64,000 bases of DNA from an uncultured virus (IMG/VR IMGVR_UViG_3300005460_000001) (taxonomy: Duplodnaviria; Heunggongvirae; Uroviricota; Caudoviricetes). The stretch lies in IMG/VR virus record IMGVR_UViG_3300005460_000001, positions 62,001 to 126,000 of that record; one strand, written 5' to 3'. A program made the position numbers and the translations under genes. Position 1 is the first letter of the stretch; each line of letters begins with the position of its first letter. This document shows, piece after piece, positions 30,046 to 39,186 of the stretch. The notes beneath the pieces are model-generated. The model was not told the origin of the DNA, did no database searches, and saw only the letters and a program-made list of their open reading frames with translations.

Positions 30046-30489
30046 ATGGCAAGTGTAATAGCTAAGTTATATAAGGTTAGAGTTGTTCCTAAAGATCTTA
30101 AATCTATTCCGGCTATTCTTCCGTATAATCAGTTTATAGAAGGAGAACCGAAAGATGTAGAACTTACAAAAATGGAGATCATGCGTTGCATGAATTTCGG
30201 TGATGTATTTATGATGGAAGGAGAAAAAGCAGAAGAACTTCCTATCAATACAGAGACCTTTAAAGAATTAGAATTTTACGAAGAAGCTGCAGAGGGAGAT
30301 CGAGATACCGACGTGTCTGGTAGTGGTTCTGAAGTTCCTGGAACAGAAACAGAATTGGAAACTGAACCAGCAGTAGAACCAGCTAGTCATAGCGAGTATA
30401 CCTACACCCCGGCGTATGATCATCCAGTTTCAAACCCAGACCCGGAAGAAACTCCTGAAGCAGAAAATGACGAGGAAGTTGCAAAATAA
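30046..30489 (+). CDS. hypothetical late protein with acidic tail
   Basis: N-terminal domain resembles 52251-52913. Confidence 0.65.
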   Translation: MASVIAKLYKVRVVPKDLKSIPAILPYNQFIEGEPKDVELTKMEIMRCMNFGDVFMMEGEKAEELPINTETFKELEFYEEAAEGDRDTDVSGSGSEVPGTETELETEPAVEPASHSEYTYTPAYDHPVSNPDPEETPEAENDEEVAK

Positions 30490-30577
30490 TACAGCATGGG
30501 CACTAGGAGTAATTCCTAGTGCCTAAATTTATTTTTTCTCATCTATTTTACATTGAAATAAGAGGAGGTATAATCTT

Positions 30578-31345
30578 ATGGAAATGACATTTGATCAATA
30601 CATACAGAACCCAATGGGAATAGCTAATGCTGTTATAAGTAATAGAGCAATGTATAGAGATTTATATTATGCCAAATTTAATAATATAATGGTTAGAGAA
30701 ATGGGGCATATGGGGCATACGTTATATAAAGGAAAAAATAAGTTTTACATTCATTTTAAAGTACCATCCGAAGTTATCGAAAAATTCTATTACGACGTAG
30801 TAATAGAGTTTACCCCTCCAAAAGATAAAAAATTAACAGATAATACTTTAGAAAATTATACTGTTAGATTTTATTCTAATGACCCATCGTTTGTGTATAC
30901 ATTTGCTCATGCTTTTATCAAAAATGATATGTTTATTAAAGAGCTTAAGCCAGTAATGAGTCCAGAAGCCATTAAGAAAGTAGCAGAAGAAAAAAACCCT
31001 AGTAATCAAGTAGGATATGTAAAGAGTCTATATTTTGCTTATATTATGACTAAAAAGCTTGGCCTTTTTAATAAATTAAAATGGGGTATGACTAGGGATA
31101 TAGATTTCAAAAGAATGATGAAAGAGATAACCCCGGCTGATACTAAAATAGAGCAAAGACAAGAAGCTCAGAAAAAGAAATCTGCTGATAAAAAAGCAGC
31201 AGATGCATATCTTAAAAAAGTAGCTAAAGATGCTGCCGCTAAAGAAACTCCATTTATGGTGAAAAAATCTAAACGAATGGGAAATATCAATACAACTAGT
31301 AAAACACGCATTACTGGTAAAACTAAGAAAGTTAAAAGGATTTGA
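30578..31345 (+). CDS. hypothetical protein with basic C-terminal tail
   Basis: GGAGG RBS, 255 aa. Confidence 0.7.
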   Translation: MEMTFDQYIQNPMGIANAVISNRAMYRDLYYAKFNNIMVREMGHMGHTLYKGKNKFYIHFKVPSEVIEKFYYDVVIEFTPPKDKKLTDNTLENYTVRFYSNDPSFVYTFAHAFIKNDMFIKELKPVMSPEAIKKVAEEKNPSNQVGYVKSLYFAYIMTKKLGLFNKLKWGMTRDIDFKRMMKEITPADTKIEQRQEAQKKKSADKKAADAYLKKVAKDAAAKETPFMVKKSKRMGNINTTSKTRITGKTKKVKRI

Positions 31346-31395
31346 TTCTTAAAATATTATGGTCTAATAGTGTGCTAAGGAAAGGGTTGTTCAAA

Positions 31396-31944
31396 ATGAT
31401 TGATAAATTAATAAATGGTAATATGAATAATTTAAGTGATAAAGCTAAAACTGCGCTTTCCATAATTTTATGGGTTGTTATAATTTCCGCACTTGGTTTT
31501 TTAATTATAACAACAGACGATAAAGAAATGAAAGAGAGAACTCAACGAATATCCACCCAAGAGTTTATGGAATCATTAGCGAATGGTTTACAAGCTAGAT
31601 GGGATATAGAAGAATTTTCAGAAGCTCATGATATATCTGTCACTTATACAGAATCGTCTCGGATGGAAATGAAATTTATAGATAAATACTGCGGAGTAAC
31701 ATTTGAAGATGATGAGTTAAAGGATCTTTTTATGCATTATTACAGTGCGTTAAACATGGAATATAATGCGCATGAACATACAGAAAGCTATGACGATTAC
31801 ATTACCGCATATAATATAGGATATGGCCCAGCTAAAAAATATCTAATATACTTTTCAGATTACTATGATTTAAGGGATTATATCAATACACCATATTTAG
31901 AAGAATATGATAAAAGGATAGAACAATATAGAACAGAGCAATAG
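31396..31944 (+). CDS. membrane-anchored hypothetical protein
   Basis: one N-terminal TM segment. Confidence 0.6.
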   Translation: MIDKLINGNMNNLSDKAKTALSIILWVVIISALGFLIITTDDKEMKERTQRISTQEFMESLANGLQARWDIEEFSEAHDISVTYTESSRMEMKFIDKYCGVTFEDDELKDLFMHYYSALNMEYNAHEHTESYDDYITAYNIGYGPAKKYLIYFSDYYDLRDYINTPYLEEYDKRIEQYRTEQ

Positions 31945-32022
31945 TTAATTTTACTGCTCTTTTTATTTTTTCTTTTGATAATATATTATACTTTTGACAT
32001 TAATACAAAGGAGGATAATTTT

Positions 32023-32421
32023 ATGTTTATATCACCAATTATGATGAGAGCGCCAACTGATTATTATGTGCAACAGAATGATTTGATAAGAGGAATGATA
32101 TATTCTGATGAGGTCAAGACGTATTGTGAAGGCAGAGAGTTAGGAAAGCAGGTATTGGGTAGGGCATCAGAGAATAGCTCTTCAATGAAAGCTATATTAG
32201 AATCTGACTCGTTTACAGAAGAGACATTTCTAAAGCTTATGTATGCCGATGCTATAAGTAGTATTACTAAGAGTGATACTATGGGCGAGGTATTATTAAT
32301 CCCCCGGGAATATCTTAATGCAGATCTAGACTATGATCTGAAAAAATTCGCAGATATTTCTAGAGGATTACTCGATGAAATAGTAGATTCGTTGAAAAAA
32401 GATAAAGTTATTAAGAAATAA
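32023..32421 (+). CDS. hypothetical protein (paralog of 32815-33348)
   Basis: AAGGAGG RBS; LIRGMIY...Y..G.ELG...LIPR..GL.D shared with paralog; early-type motif at 31979-31998. Confidence 0.7.
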   Translation: MFISPIMMRAPTDYYVQQNDLIRGMIYSDEVKTYCEGRELGKQVLGRASENSSSMKAILESDSFTEETFLKLMYADAISSITKSDTMGEVLLIPREYLNADLDYDLKKFADISRGLLDEIVDSLKKDKVIKK

Positions 32422-32432
32422 GGAGGAAACCA

Positions 32433-32801
32433 ATGATATTTGAAGGCGAATTCACACACGGCTCGAATGATAAAAAAGAAATTATTATAGAAGAACTATT
32501 TATACGTCTCAACAATGGTTCTGTCATAAGATGCGAATACGATACCGGAGAATGGATATTCTTTCCTCGTAAAACTACATTCCGTTTAAAAGGAGTATAC
32601 TTTGACAATGAGTATGCCAATAATAAATGGGAAAAAATCGCCGATTCTATAAAGGAAATATTTATAGAATATGGAACTTATTTGGGAAGCTTAGATTCTT
32701 TAGTTGAAAGTTTACGGCTAGTAAAATTACGAGTTACGGATGGTTCTAACCTATATATTATAGGCGAGGATAAATTACAAAGAAAAAATCATGTACTTTA
32801 A
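32433..32801 (+). CDS. hypothetical protein
   Basis: AAGGAGG RBS. Confidence 0.7.
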   Translation: MIFEGEFTHGSNDKKEIIIEELFIRLNNGSVIRCEYDTGEWIFFPRKTTFRLKGVYFDNEYANNKWEKIADSIKEIFIEYGTYLGSLDSLVESLRLVKLRVTDGSNLYIIGEDKLQRKNHVL

Positions 32802-32814
32802 AGGAGGAAACAAA

Positions 32815-33348
32815 ATGTTAGGAATTTTTAAGAGAAACACTCAGGAAGCAAAACATGATGATGCGTGTAGTCTGGTAAGAGGAATGATATATGCATCAGA
32901 AAAGGATAGTTATAACTATGGCTATGAACTTGGTATGGGAACCGGAAACGCTATCAGTGAAATGTATGAAGGCATGACAAAGAATTCTGAATTCTCAAAT
33001 ACGAGTTCAACAGAAACTCTTTGCCATTTGTGTTCCATATCGACCTCTAGTCGTTTACTGTATGGAACAAGTCAAATGTCGGGACCAAATCTCATTATAC
33101 CGAGGAGTTCTATCGATCCTAAACTGGCAAAAGAATTGGAGAAGGTCAGCATTACCGACGGATTAATAGATGGCATTGCTGATTTCATTGACCACTATGA
33201 TGCAAAAATCGATAAACGGAAAGAAGTAAACTATTTTGAGCTGCGTGAAGCATTAATAGATTGTGGTGTTACCGAACCAGATAAGGCAATAGATGCAATG
33301 ATAAAGTCCGGCAATATATTTGAGGTAATAGATAAATGCACATTCTAA
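32815..33348 (+). CDS. hypothetical protein (paralog of 32023-32421)
   Basis: AAGGAGG RBS before ATG 32815. Confidence 0.7.
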   Translation: MLGIFKRNTQEAKHDDACSLVRGMIYASEKDSYNYGYELGMGTGNAISEMYEGMTKNSEFSNTSSTETLCHLCSISTSSRLLYGTSQMSGPNLIIPRSSIDPKLAKELEKVSITDGLIDGIADFIDHYDAKIDKRKEVNYFELREALIDCGVTEPDKAIDAMIKSGNIFEVIDKCTF

Positions 33349-33371
33349 AAATACAAAAATACCCTTCCTGA

Positions 33372-33383
33372 AACATCGTAATA
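33372..33383 (+). promoter_or_regulatory. late promoter AACA-N6-TA upstream of the sigma-like gene
   Basis: exact motif. Confidence 0.6.
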
Positions 33384-33468
33384 AGCTGCATAAGTATATA
33401 GAAAGGAGAATTTAAATGACTTGAAAGTATCGCTAGAGAAAAATCAATAAAAGGAAGGATAAGAAAAC

Positions 33469-36400
33469 ATGATACGAGGAATGTACTATGGAGACATAAG
33501 TAAACCTCCACGTGTAGATGAATGGGTACCAACCAAAGATGACATCATTTTTAGAAGTTGCAAAGGATTCATGCTACTACCAGTAGCAGAATATTATAAT
33601 TTAGATGATACTAATCTGAATGCCTTTTCGCTTTCTATGAAACGATGTTATAACGGTAATATCATGCGTGAACACATGCCGAGATATTTAAATTACTTCA
33701 TAAAATATTACGATACAGATAAAGAATTACTATTAGCTTATTATAAACTTAAATTTGTATTGGACTATTATGGAGATTCGTATGGCGTTGACGCATTCAT
33801 CATGGATCTTAAAAGGTATGTATTAACTCCGTCATTAATAACAAAAGCAGCTGTGATGAACGAAGATAACTATCTTTTAGATCTTGATGACAGAAATTAC
33901 CGTAACGACAAAAACCCAGCGCTACAATACGAGGACAGACACGCTAAACTTTTAATGTGGATGAGTCTATTGATGAATATGGTAATACCATTATCGACTC
34001 ATTTTGCATTTATAAGTAATGTAGAAGACGTTGACCAATTTCTTCTTAAAGTGTTTGAGTCCATAATGGAGTTAACAAATGTCGATATTGAAGCAAAACT
34101 ATATGAGACTTCTAATTCTAATATTGTAAGAAATAGAAAATCTCATCAGGTATTATGGGATATACAGGATATTCGTTCTAAGAATACCACTACAGTATCT
34201 ATGGATGGATTGATTAATATCATTCTTAATATAATGCCGAAATATACATATGATAAAAATATCATATCGTTAGATTTCAGCAGCATCAAGAATACAATTC
34301 ATTTCCAAGTGCTAGGTATCAAATACGAATATACCTATGTTCCCCTAAGTAACAGCAAAAGAGACGAGGATGGAATGCGTGTCCCTCATACTAGTAATAG
34401 TGTGATGAAAACCCTTTTTAGCTCGATAAGAGCATTGCTGGAAAAGGCTAAGAGCTCAGTCGCTACAGCATAATCTGAAAATGATAAGTGCGATAGTCAT
34501 CGAAAGATAGAAAAAAGTACTGAGATGATATATGGTGAAATAAAAGCTGTGTAAGAATTCGGAAACTTACATGGTCCTAAGTATCGTTAACAATGTTTAC
34601 CCAGCAGCGAAGACTTAATATAATATATTGAGTAACGTTCAACGACTATTTTACGTAGCACCAAGAGGCATGGTTGGTAATCGTCGCCGTAATCCCATTT
34701 AATGCGAAAAAGAGGGTATCCTGATATCATTATCAGGTAGTGATATAGTCTCGGCATATAGGTAACACCTATAGAAGTTCATAAGAGAACTGCATCGATG
34801 TAGCGAATCGGTGTGAAGAATCCGCAAAATTCAGAGTTCGATTCAGCCAGGGTCGCCTAGTATAGGAATATACTATGGAAACACTTTTCAAATTTAGGAT
34901 TAGTCTGGGACGGGCTTACCTTATCTGACTAAACGGGTAGGTTCAATCAGCAGCAAGTTTATCAATTTATAGCCCTTTTATAAGGGGGTGAAAACATGGT
35001 AATGCCAAGCCAAGAGCAAGCTATATATCCAGAAATATGGATAAGACTATATTTGTATATTTATGGATTGCAACAGCATTATATAATCAGTAACTATGGA
35101 AGAATTTTTAATGAGAAAACAGCAACCTTTTTACCAAAGAATCAAAGTATAGATTATGACTATACTACTATTAGATTGACATTTATTGATGGTCATGCCG
35201 AATGTTTCCTGTTACACAGGTTAATTGCATACGTGTTTGTTCCGAATTCTACCGGAGATTACACCTTGGAAGTAAACCATAAAGACGGGATTAAGGGCCA
35301 CTCGTGGGCATGGAATTTAGAATGGATAGATACAAGAGGGAATATGATTCATACAATAAATCATAATCTAGTAGCATTAGGAGAAAGCAGAAGCAACTCA
35401 AAGCTTACAAATTCTCAAGTAATTAGAATATGCGAACTCATTGAGAGTGGGAAAACGAATGCCGAAATTATAAATGCTATCGGAACTGATTTACGTAAAG
35501 GAGATTTGCAAAATATAAGAAATGGACATTGCTGGAGCCATATATCCAAAAATTATGATTTCAGTAATGCTGCAACCAAATCGAAATTTACAGCAGAACA
35601 AATCCATACTATATGTAAATATTTTCAGAATCATGGAACTAAGAAATCATATAGAGAAGTATTAGTTCATTTAGGTATAGATGTAACAAAGTTATCTTCA
35701 AATGAAATGGATAATTATAATGCGGCAATTGGATTGATAAGAGATAAGAAATCATATAAAAATATTTGTAATCTGTATGATTATGATAATGCTATAAATT
35801 GATTTACTGTTCAACGACTATCGAAAGCTATAAATCTATTAAATTAGGTTGAAAATAAGGTACTTTAGTTGTGTTAAAGTAGACGAAGCGAGTAGAGTAG
35901 AGCCAAGCGGTATGGTAGGAGTAACTCACCGTAATACCATTTAAATCGAAAAGTCAAGCATCCCAATATCTTAACAGATAATGGATGGTGATATAGTCTC
36001 CACTTATGGGTAACACCCATAGAAGTTCATAAGAGAACTGCATCGATGTAGCGAATCGGTGTGAAGACTGGCGTTATGAAAGTTTCATCGTAAAGCAAAA
36101 CGAATCACTTTACCTGCAGAATAAGTGTAATCGTGAGCAAACGATGAGAGAAATTGAAATTCGCTATGGGCCGTTTGACCCAAAAGAGATAGAGTATTAT
36201 ATAGAACGTCTCGAAGAAAATGGCGGGGATTCAATAGTAAATAGCTTTCAAAAGAAATTGATCTTTAATCTCTTCTTTAAGTATTTTGGAGACCCAATCT
36301 CCATAAAAGATATTAATAAGATAGACTATGTAAAATTAATGTTGGCAGCCTCGCGCGAGCTGCTAACTAATGGTATGGTTATATTACCATATATTATAAG

Positions 36401-36665
36401 TAGCAACATAACAAAGTTTCAGCAGAGAAAATCTCTTAACAAGAAAGAATCATTGAAGTTGGAAAGCTGTCCTTTATATAATCATGTCAAGAACAAATAC
36501 AAATCAGACAAGGTTGATAAAGAAATACTACAAATGATTGCTACAATTATATCTTCCGAATTTCAAATCATAGCATATAATAATCCAGAGTTAGATAGAA
36601 AGATAATATCTAATGTCCCGGATTCAATATGTGAAGAGATTTGTATGTTCGTGTCACTTATTTAA
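33469..36665 (+). CDS. sigma-like promoter-specificity subunit of nvRNAP (AR9 gp226 / phiKZ gp68-like), join(33469..34371,34825..34842,36072..36665), ~504 aa
   Basis: in-frame join ...SKRDED|QNSEFD|RYESFIVKQNE...; segments (FSLSMKRCY, YLLDLD..LQ, IMPK..NIIS, KY..Y.PL, EEICMFVSLI) resemble AR9 gp226 as I recall it. Confidence 0.7.
34372..34824 (+). mobile_element. group I intron 1 (no ORF)
   Basis: exon ends in U pairing with IGS GUCCCUC; core motifs TTGCTGGAAA, CAGCAGCGAAG, GTTCAACGACTA, GATATAGTCT; terminal G. Confidence 0.85.
34843..36071 (+). mobile_element. group I intron 2 carrying an HNH homing endonuclease
   Basis: exon CGAU pairs with GUCG; AATCAGCAGCAAG, GTTCAACGACTA, GATATAGTCT; terminal G restores the frame. 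Confidence 0.85.
34996..35802 (+). CDS. HNH homing endonuclease (NUMOD4/HNH type), intron-encoded
   Basis: ISNYGRI, LHRLIAYVF, VNHKDG..N..NLEW..N..H; repeated C-terminal DNA-binding-like segments. Confidence 0.85.
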   Translation: MVMPSQEQAIYPEIWIRLYLYIYGLQQHYIISNYGRIFNEKTATFLPKNQSIDYDYTTIRLTFIDGHAECFLLHRLIAYVFVPNSTGDYTLEVNHKDGIKGHSWAWNLEWIDTRGNMIHTINHNLVALGESRSNSKLTNSQVIRICELIESGKTNAEIINAIGTDLRKGDLQNIRNGHCWSHISKNYDFSNAATKSKFTAEQIHTICKYFQNHGTKKSYREVLVHLGIDVTKLSSNEMDNYNAAIGLIRDKKSYKNICNLYDYDNAIN

Positions 36666-36723
36666 ATCATCTAGGGGGGGGGGGTAACTCCTTCCCTCCT
36701 TATTTTTTACATTGGAGGAAAGT

Positions 36724-37452
36724 ATGGATTACTTTAAGTTATTTGCTATTGCATTTAGTTGCGCATCTTTTATGCTTTCTATGTATGCGTATTTAAGATT
36801 TCGCAGTATTGAAAAGGGGATATGCAATAAATCATCAGAGAGAAAAAGAAAAAAGAAAAGTAAGAATAAGAAAAATCGAGAAATCACTTTAATAGCTGCA
36901 GTAGATAAATATTGGGGTATAAGCCGGGATGGAAAAATACCATGGTATTTACCAGAAGATCTAAAACACTTTAGAGAAATCACTGAAAACGGTATTGTTA
37001 TAATGGGAAGAAAGACATTTGAAACAATAGGGCAGCCTTTAAAAAACAGAGTAAATATTATTATCTCGGGTAAATATGGTTCTGATAAAAATTCAGTAGA
37101 TTTTAATTATGAAGATTTTAATGTTAACTGGCTATATGGAGAAGAATACGAAACCTATGTAGTAGCTTCTATCAAAGGAGCAATGGAAATAACTAAATTT
37201 TACAAAGGTAAACCTATATTCATCATAGGCGGAAAAACTATATATAATCAATTCTTGCCATATTGTAGTAAGGCTATAATTACTAAACTAGAAGAAGATT
37301 TTAAATGTGATAATTTTATGCCAAATTTAGACTCACGAACGTTTGATTGGGAATTAGAAGACGAAGAAAGTTTTCGCTCCGTATCTAATCCTCAACAGCA
37401 TAGATTCTTATATTTATACTACAAAAATAATGAACAGGAGGAAAATAAATAA
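36724..37452 (+). CDS. folA: dihydrofolate reductase with N-terminal TM and basic extension
   Basis: LIAAVD..GIS..GKIPW.LPEDLKHFR, VIMGRKTFE, PLKNRVNII, FIIGG..IY. Confidence 0.85.
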   Translation: MDYFKLFAIAFSCASFMLSMYAYLRFRSIEKGICNKSSERKRKKKSKNKKNREITLIAAVDKYWGISRDGKIPWYLPEDLKHFREITENGIVIMGRKTFETIGQPLKNRVNIIISGKYGSDKNSVDFNYEDFNVNWLYGEEYETYVVASIKGAMEITKFYKGKPIFIIGGKTIYNQFLPYCSKAIITKLEEDFKCDNFMPNLDSRTFDWELEDEESFRSVSNPQQHRFLYLYYKNNEQEENK

Positions 37453-37455
37453 TGA
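37422..37455 (+). repeat. 34-bp direct repeat, copy 1
   Basis: caaaaataatgaacaggaggaaaataaataatga. Confidence 0.9.
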
Positions 37456-37913
37456 ATATAATTAAGAGCATATTTAAAATATGTCTATACTGTACCTTAT
37501 TGGTTATCATTACAGCATTTGTAATTCCATCTATCGATAACCTTATCCCAATTATTAAAGAAGCATATACATCTGATATAAAATTCTCTCATGTAATTTT
37601 AGCAGCATGGTGCTTAGCATTAATAATTATTACTATCGTCTTAGTACTTTATTTTAGTTTTTTAATTTTATTAAGTATTATAGATATAGTAATTTGCAAT
37701 GATGATGTATTAAATATTGTAAAATCTTGGAAATCTTCTTTTAATAAAGGTGATACTGGTCCTGTGGGGCCGATGGGACCTAGAGGGAAATCCATATATG
37801 AAATTTGGTTAGAATTCGATGGGAATGAAGGCAAGACCGAAGAAGAGTTTATGGACGATATGGCTAAAAGAATGGCAAATTTCAAAAATAATGAACAGGA
37901 GGAAAATAAATAA
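37452..37913 (+). CDS. membrane protein with short collagen-like segment
   Basis: 2 TM, GDTGPVGPMGPRG, GKSIYEIW...GKTEEEF motif. Confidence 0.7.
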   Translation: MNIIKSIFKICLYCTLLVIITAFVIPSIDNLIPIIKEAYTSDIKFSHVILAAWCLALIIITIVLVLYFSFLILLSIIDIVICNDDVLNIVKSWKSSFNKGDTGPVGPMGPRGKSIYEIWLEFDGNEGKTEEEFMDDMAKRMANFKNNEQEENK

Positions 37914-37916
37914 TGA
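37883..37916 (+). repeat. 34-bp direct repeat, copy 2
   Basis: identical to 37422-37455. Confidence 0.9.
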
Positions 37917-38764
37917 GTTATGCTGATAAAATTTTTAAGGATACTTGCTATGACATATTATATGGGTGCGGCACAGATACGCAAGGGGAAAAAGTAAGAC
38001 CGCATTGGGAAGATGGAACCCCGGCGTATACTGTTAAGAAATTTGGAGTTGTAAATGAATACAATTTACAGACTGAGTTCCCAGCATTAACAATAAGAAG
38101 AGTTCCGCTAAAGAGTTGCGTAGATGAATTGTTATGGATTTGGCAAAAAAAATCAAACAATGTAAAAGATCTCAAAAGCCACATATGGGATTCGTGGGCA
38201 GATGAAAGCGGTTCGATAGGTAAAGCATATGGATATCAATTAGGAGTAAAGCATAATTACAAAGAAGGCGAAATGGATCAAGTAGATCGGGTGTTATACG
38301 ATTTAAAACATAATCCATATAGTCGAAGAATCATGACCAATATCTATAATCATCATGATTTAAATGAGATGAATTTATATCCGTGTGCATATTCTATGAC
38401 ATTTAATATAACTAAGGATAACGATGATGGGAAGCTGGTGCTTAATGGAATTCTTAATCAAAGGTCCCAAGATATGATAGTTGCTAACGGATGGAATGTT
38501 TGTCAATATGCGGTATTAATTCATATGCTTGCTCAGGTTAGTAATATGAAACCCGGAAAGTTTATACATGTAATCGCTGATGCCCACATATATGATAGGC
38601 ATGTTCCAATTGCAGAGGAATTACTTAAACGAGAAGAGTATCCTGCTCCGAGGTTTTGGTTAAATCCAGAGATTAAAAATTTCTATGATTTCACTACAGA
38701 TGATGTGCTGCTTTCTGGGTATCAGCATTGTGAGCAGATTACGGATATTCCAGTAGCAGTATAG
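37913..38764 (+). CDS. thyA: thymidylate synthase
   Basis: ELLW, IWDSWAD, YGYQ, SRR, LYPC, QRSQD..A..WN, DAHIY. Confidence 0.92.
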   Translation: MSYADKIFKDTCYDILYGCGTDTQGEKVRPHWEDGTPAYTVKKFGVVNEYNLQTEFPALTIRRVPLKSCVDELLWIWQKKSNNVKDLKSHIWDSWADESGSIGKAYGYQLGVKHNYKEGEMDQVDRVLYDLKHNPYSRRIMTNIYNHHDLNEMNLYPCAYSMTFNITKDNDDGKLVLNGILNQRSQDMIVANGWNVCQYAVLIHMLAQVSNMKPGKFIHVIADAHIYDRHVPIAEELLKREEYPAPRFWLNPEIKNFYDFTTDDVLLSGYQHCEQITDIPVAV

Positions 38765-38778
38765 AAAGGATTTACAAT

Positions 38779-39171
38779 ATGTATAGTGAACCTATTATCA
38801 CCAGAGAAGATAGCAAGACAACCTATAAAATCAAAAATCGTATTAGAACGGTATCCAAGATTGAACGATACGATTTTGAAATGAAAAATTTCGATTACTC
38901 ATTATTAGCAAATGCTAAAACTAGAATACTGCATAGAAGAAAGGGGCTGATGAGCTCACTTGTCAATGCAGCATATGAAGATGTAATTGAAAATACCAAA
39001 AACAAAGGAGTTTACTTACTTGTACTAATGTGGGAATACAAAAATATAGTATTATATGAATCATTAGGATTTGAATTCATAAAATATTGTAGTGTAAGTG
39101 GTAATCCATATGTACTTCTTGCTAAAGGTTACATAGATAAGTCTCAGCTGTGTGCAGTGAATTTTAAATAG
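38779..39171 (+). CDS. GNAT-like protein
   Basis: HRRKGLMSSLV and LYESLGF resemble GNAT motifs A and B. Confidence 0.5.
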   Translation: MYSEPIITREDSKTTYKIKNRIRTVSKIERYDFEMKNFDYSLLANAKTRILHRRKGLMSSLVNAAYEDVIENTKNKGVYLLVLMWEYKNIVLYESLGFEFIKYCSVSGNPYVLLAKGYIDKSQLCAVNFK

Positions 39172-39186
39172 AGAGGTAAATACAAT

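Noticed and set aside
34372..34473. ORF-track C-terminus GMRVPHTS...VATA of ORF 33469
   Set aside because: Read-through into intron 1, not real coding sequence.
36674..36684. G11 run after the sigma-like gene
   Set aside because: Intergenic; forms the 5' arm of a terminator hairpin with ctccttccctcc, so it is not a frameshift switch.
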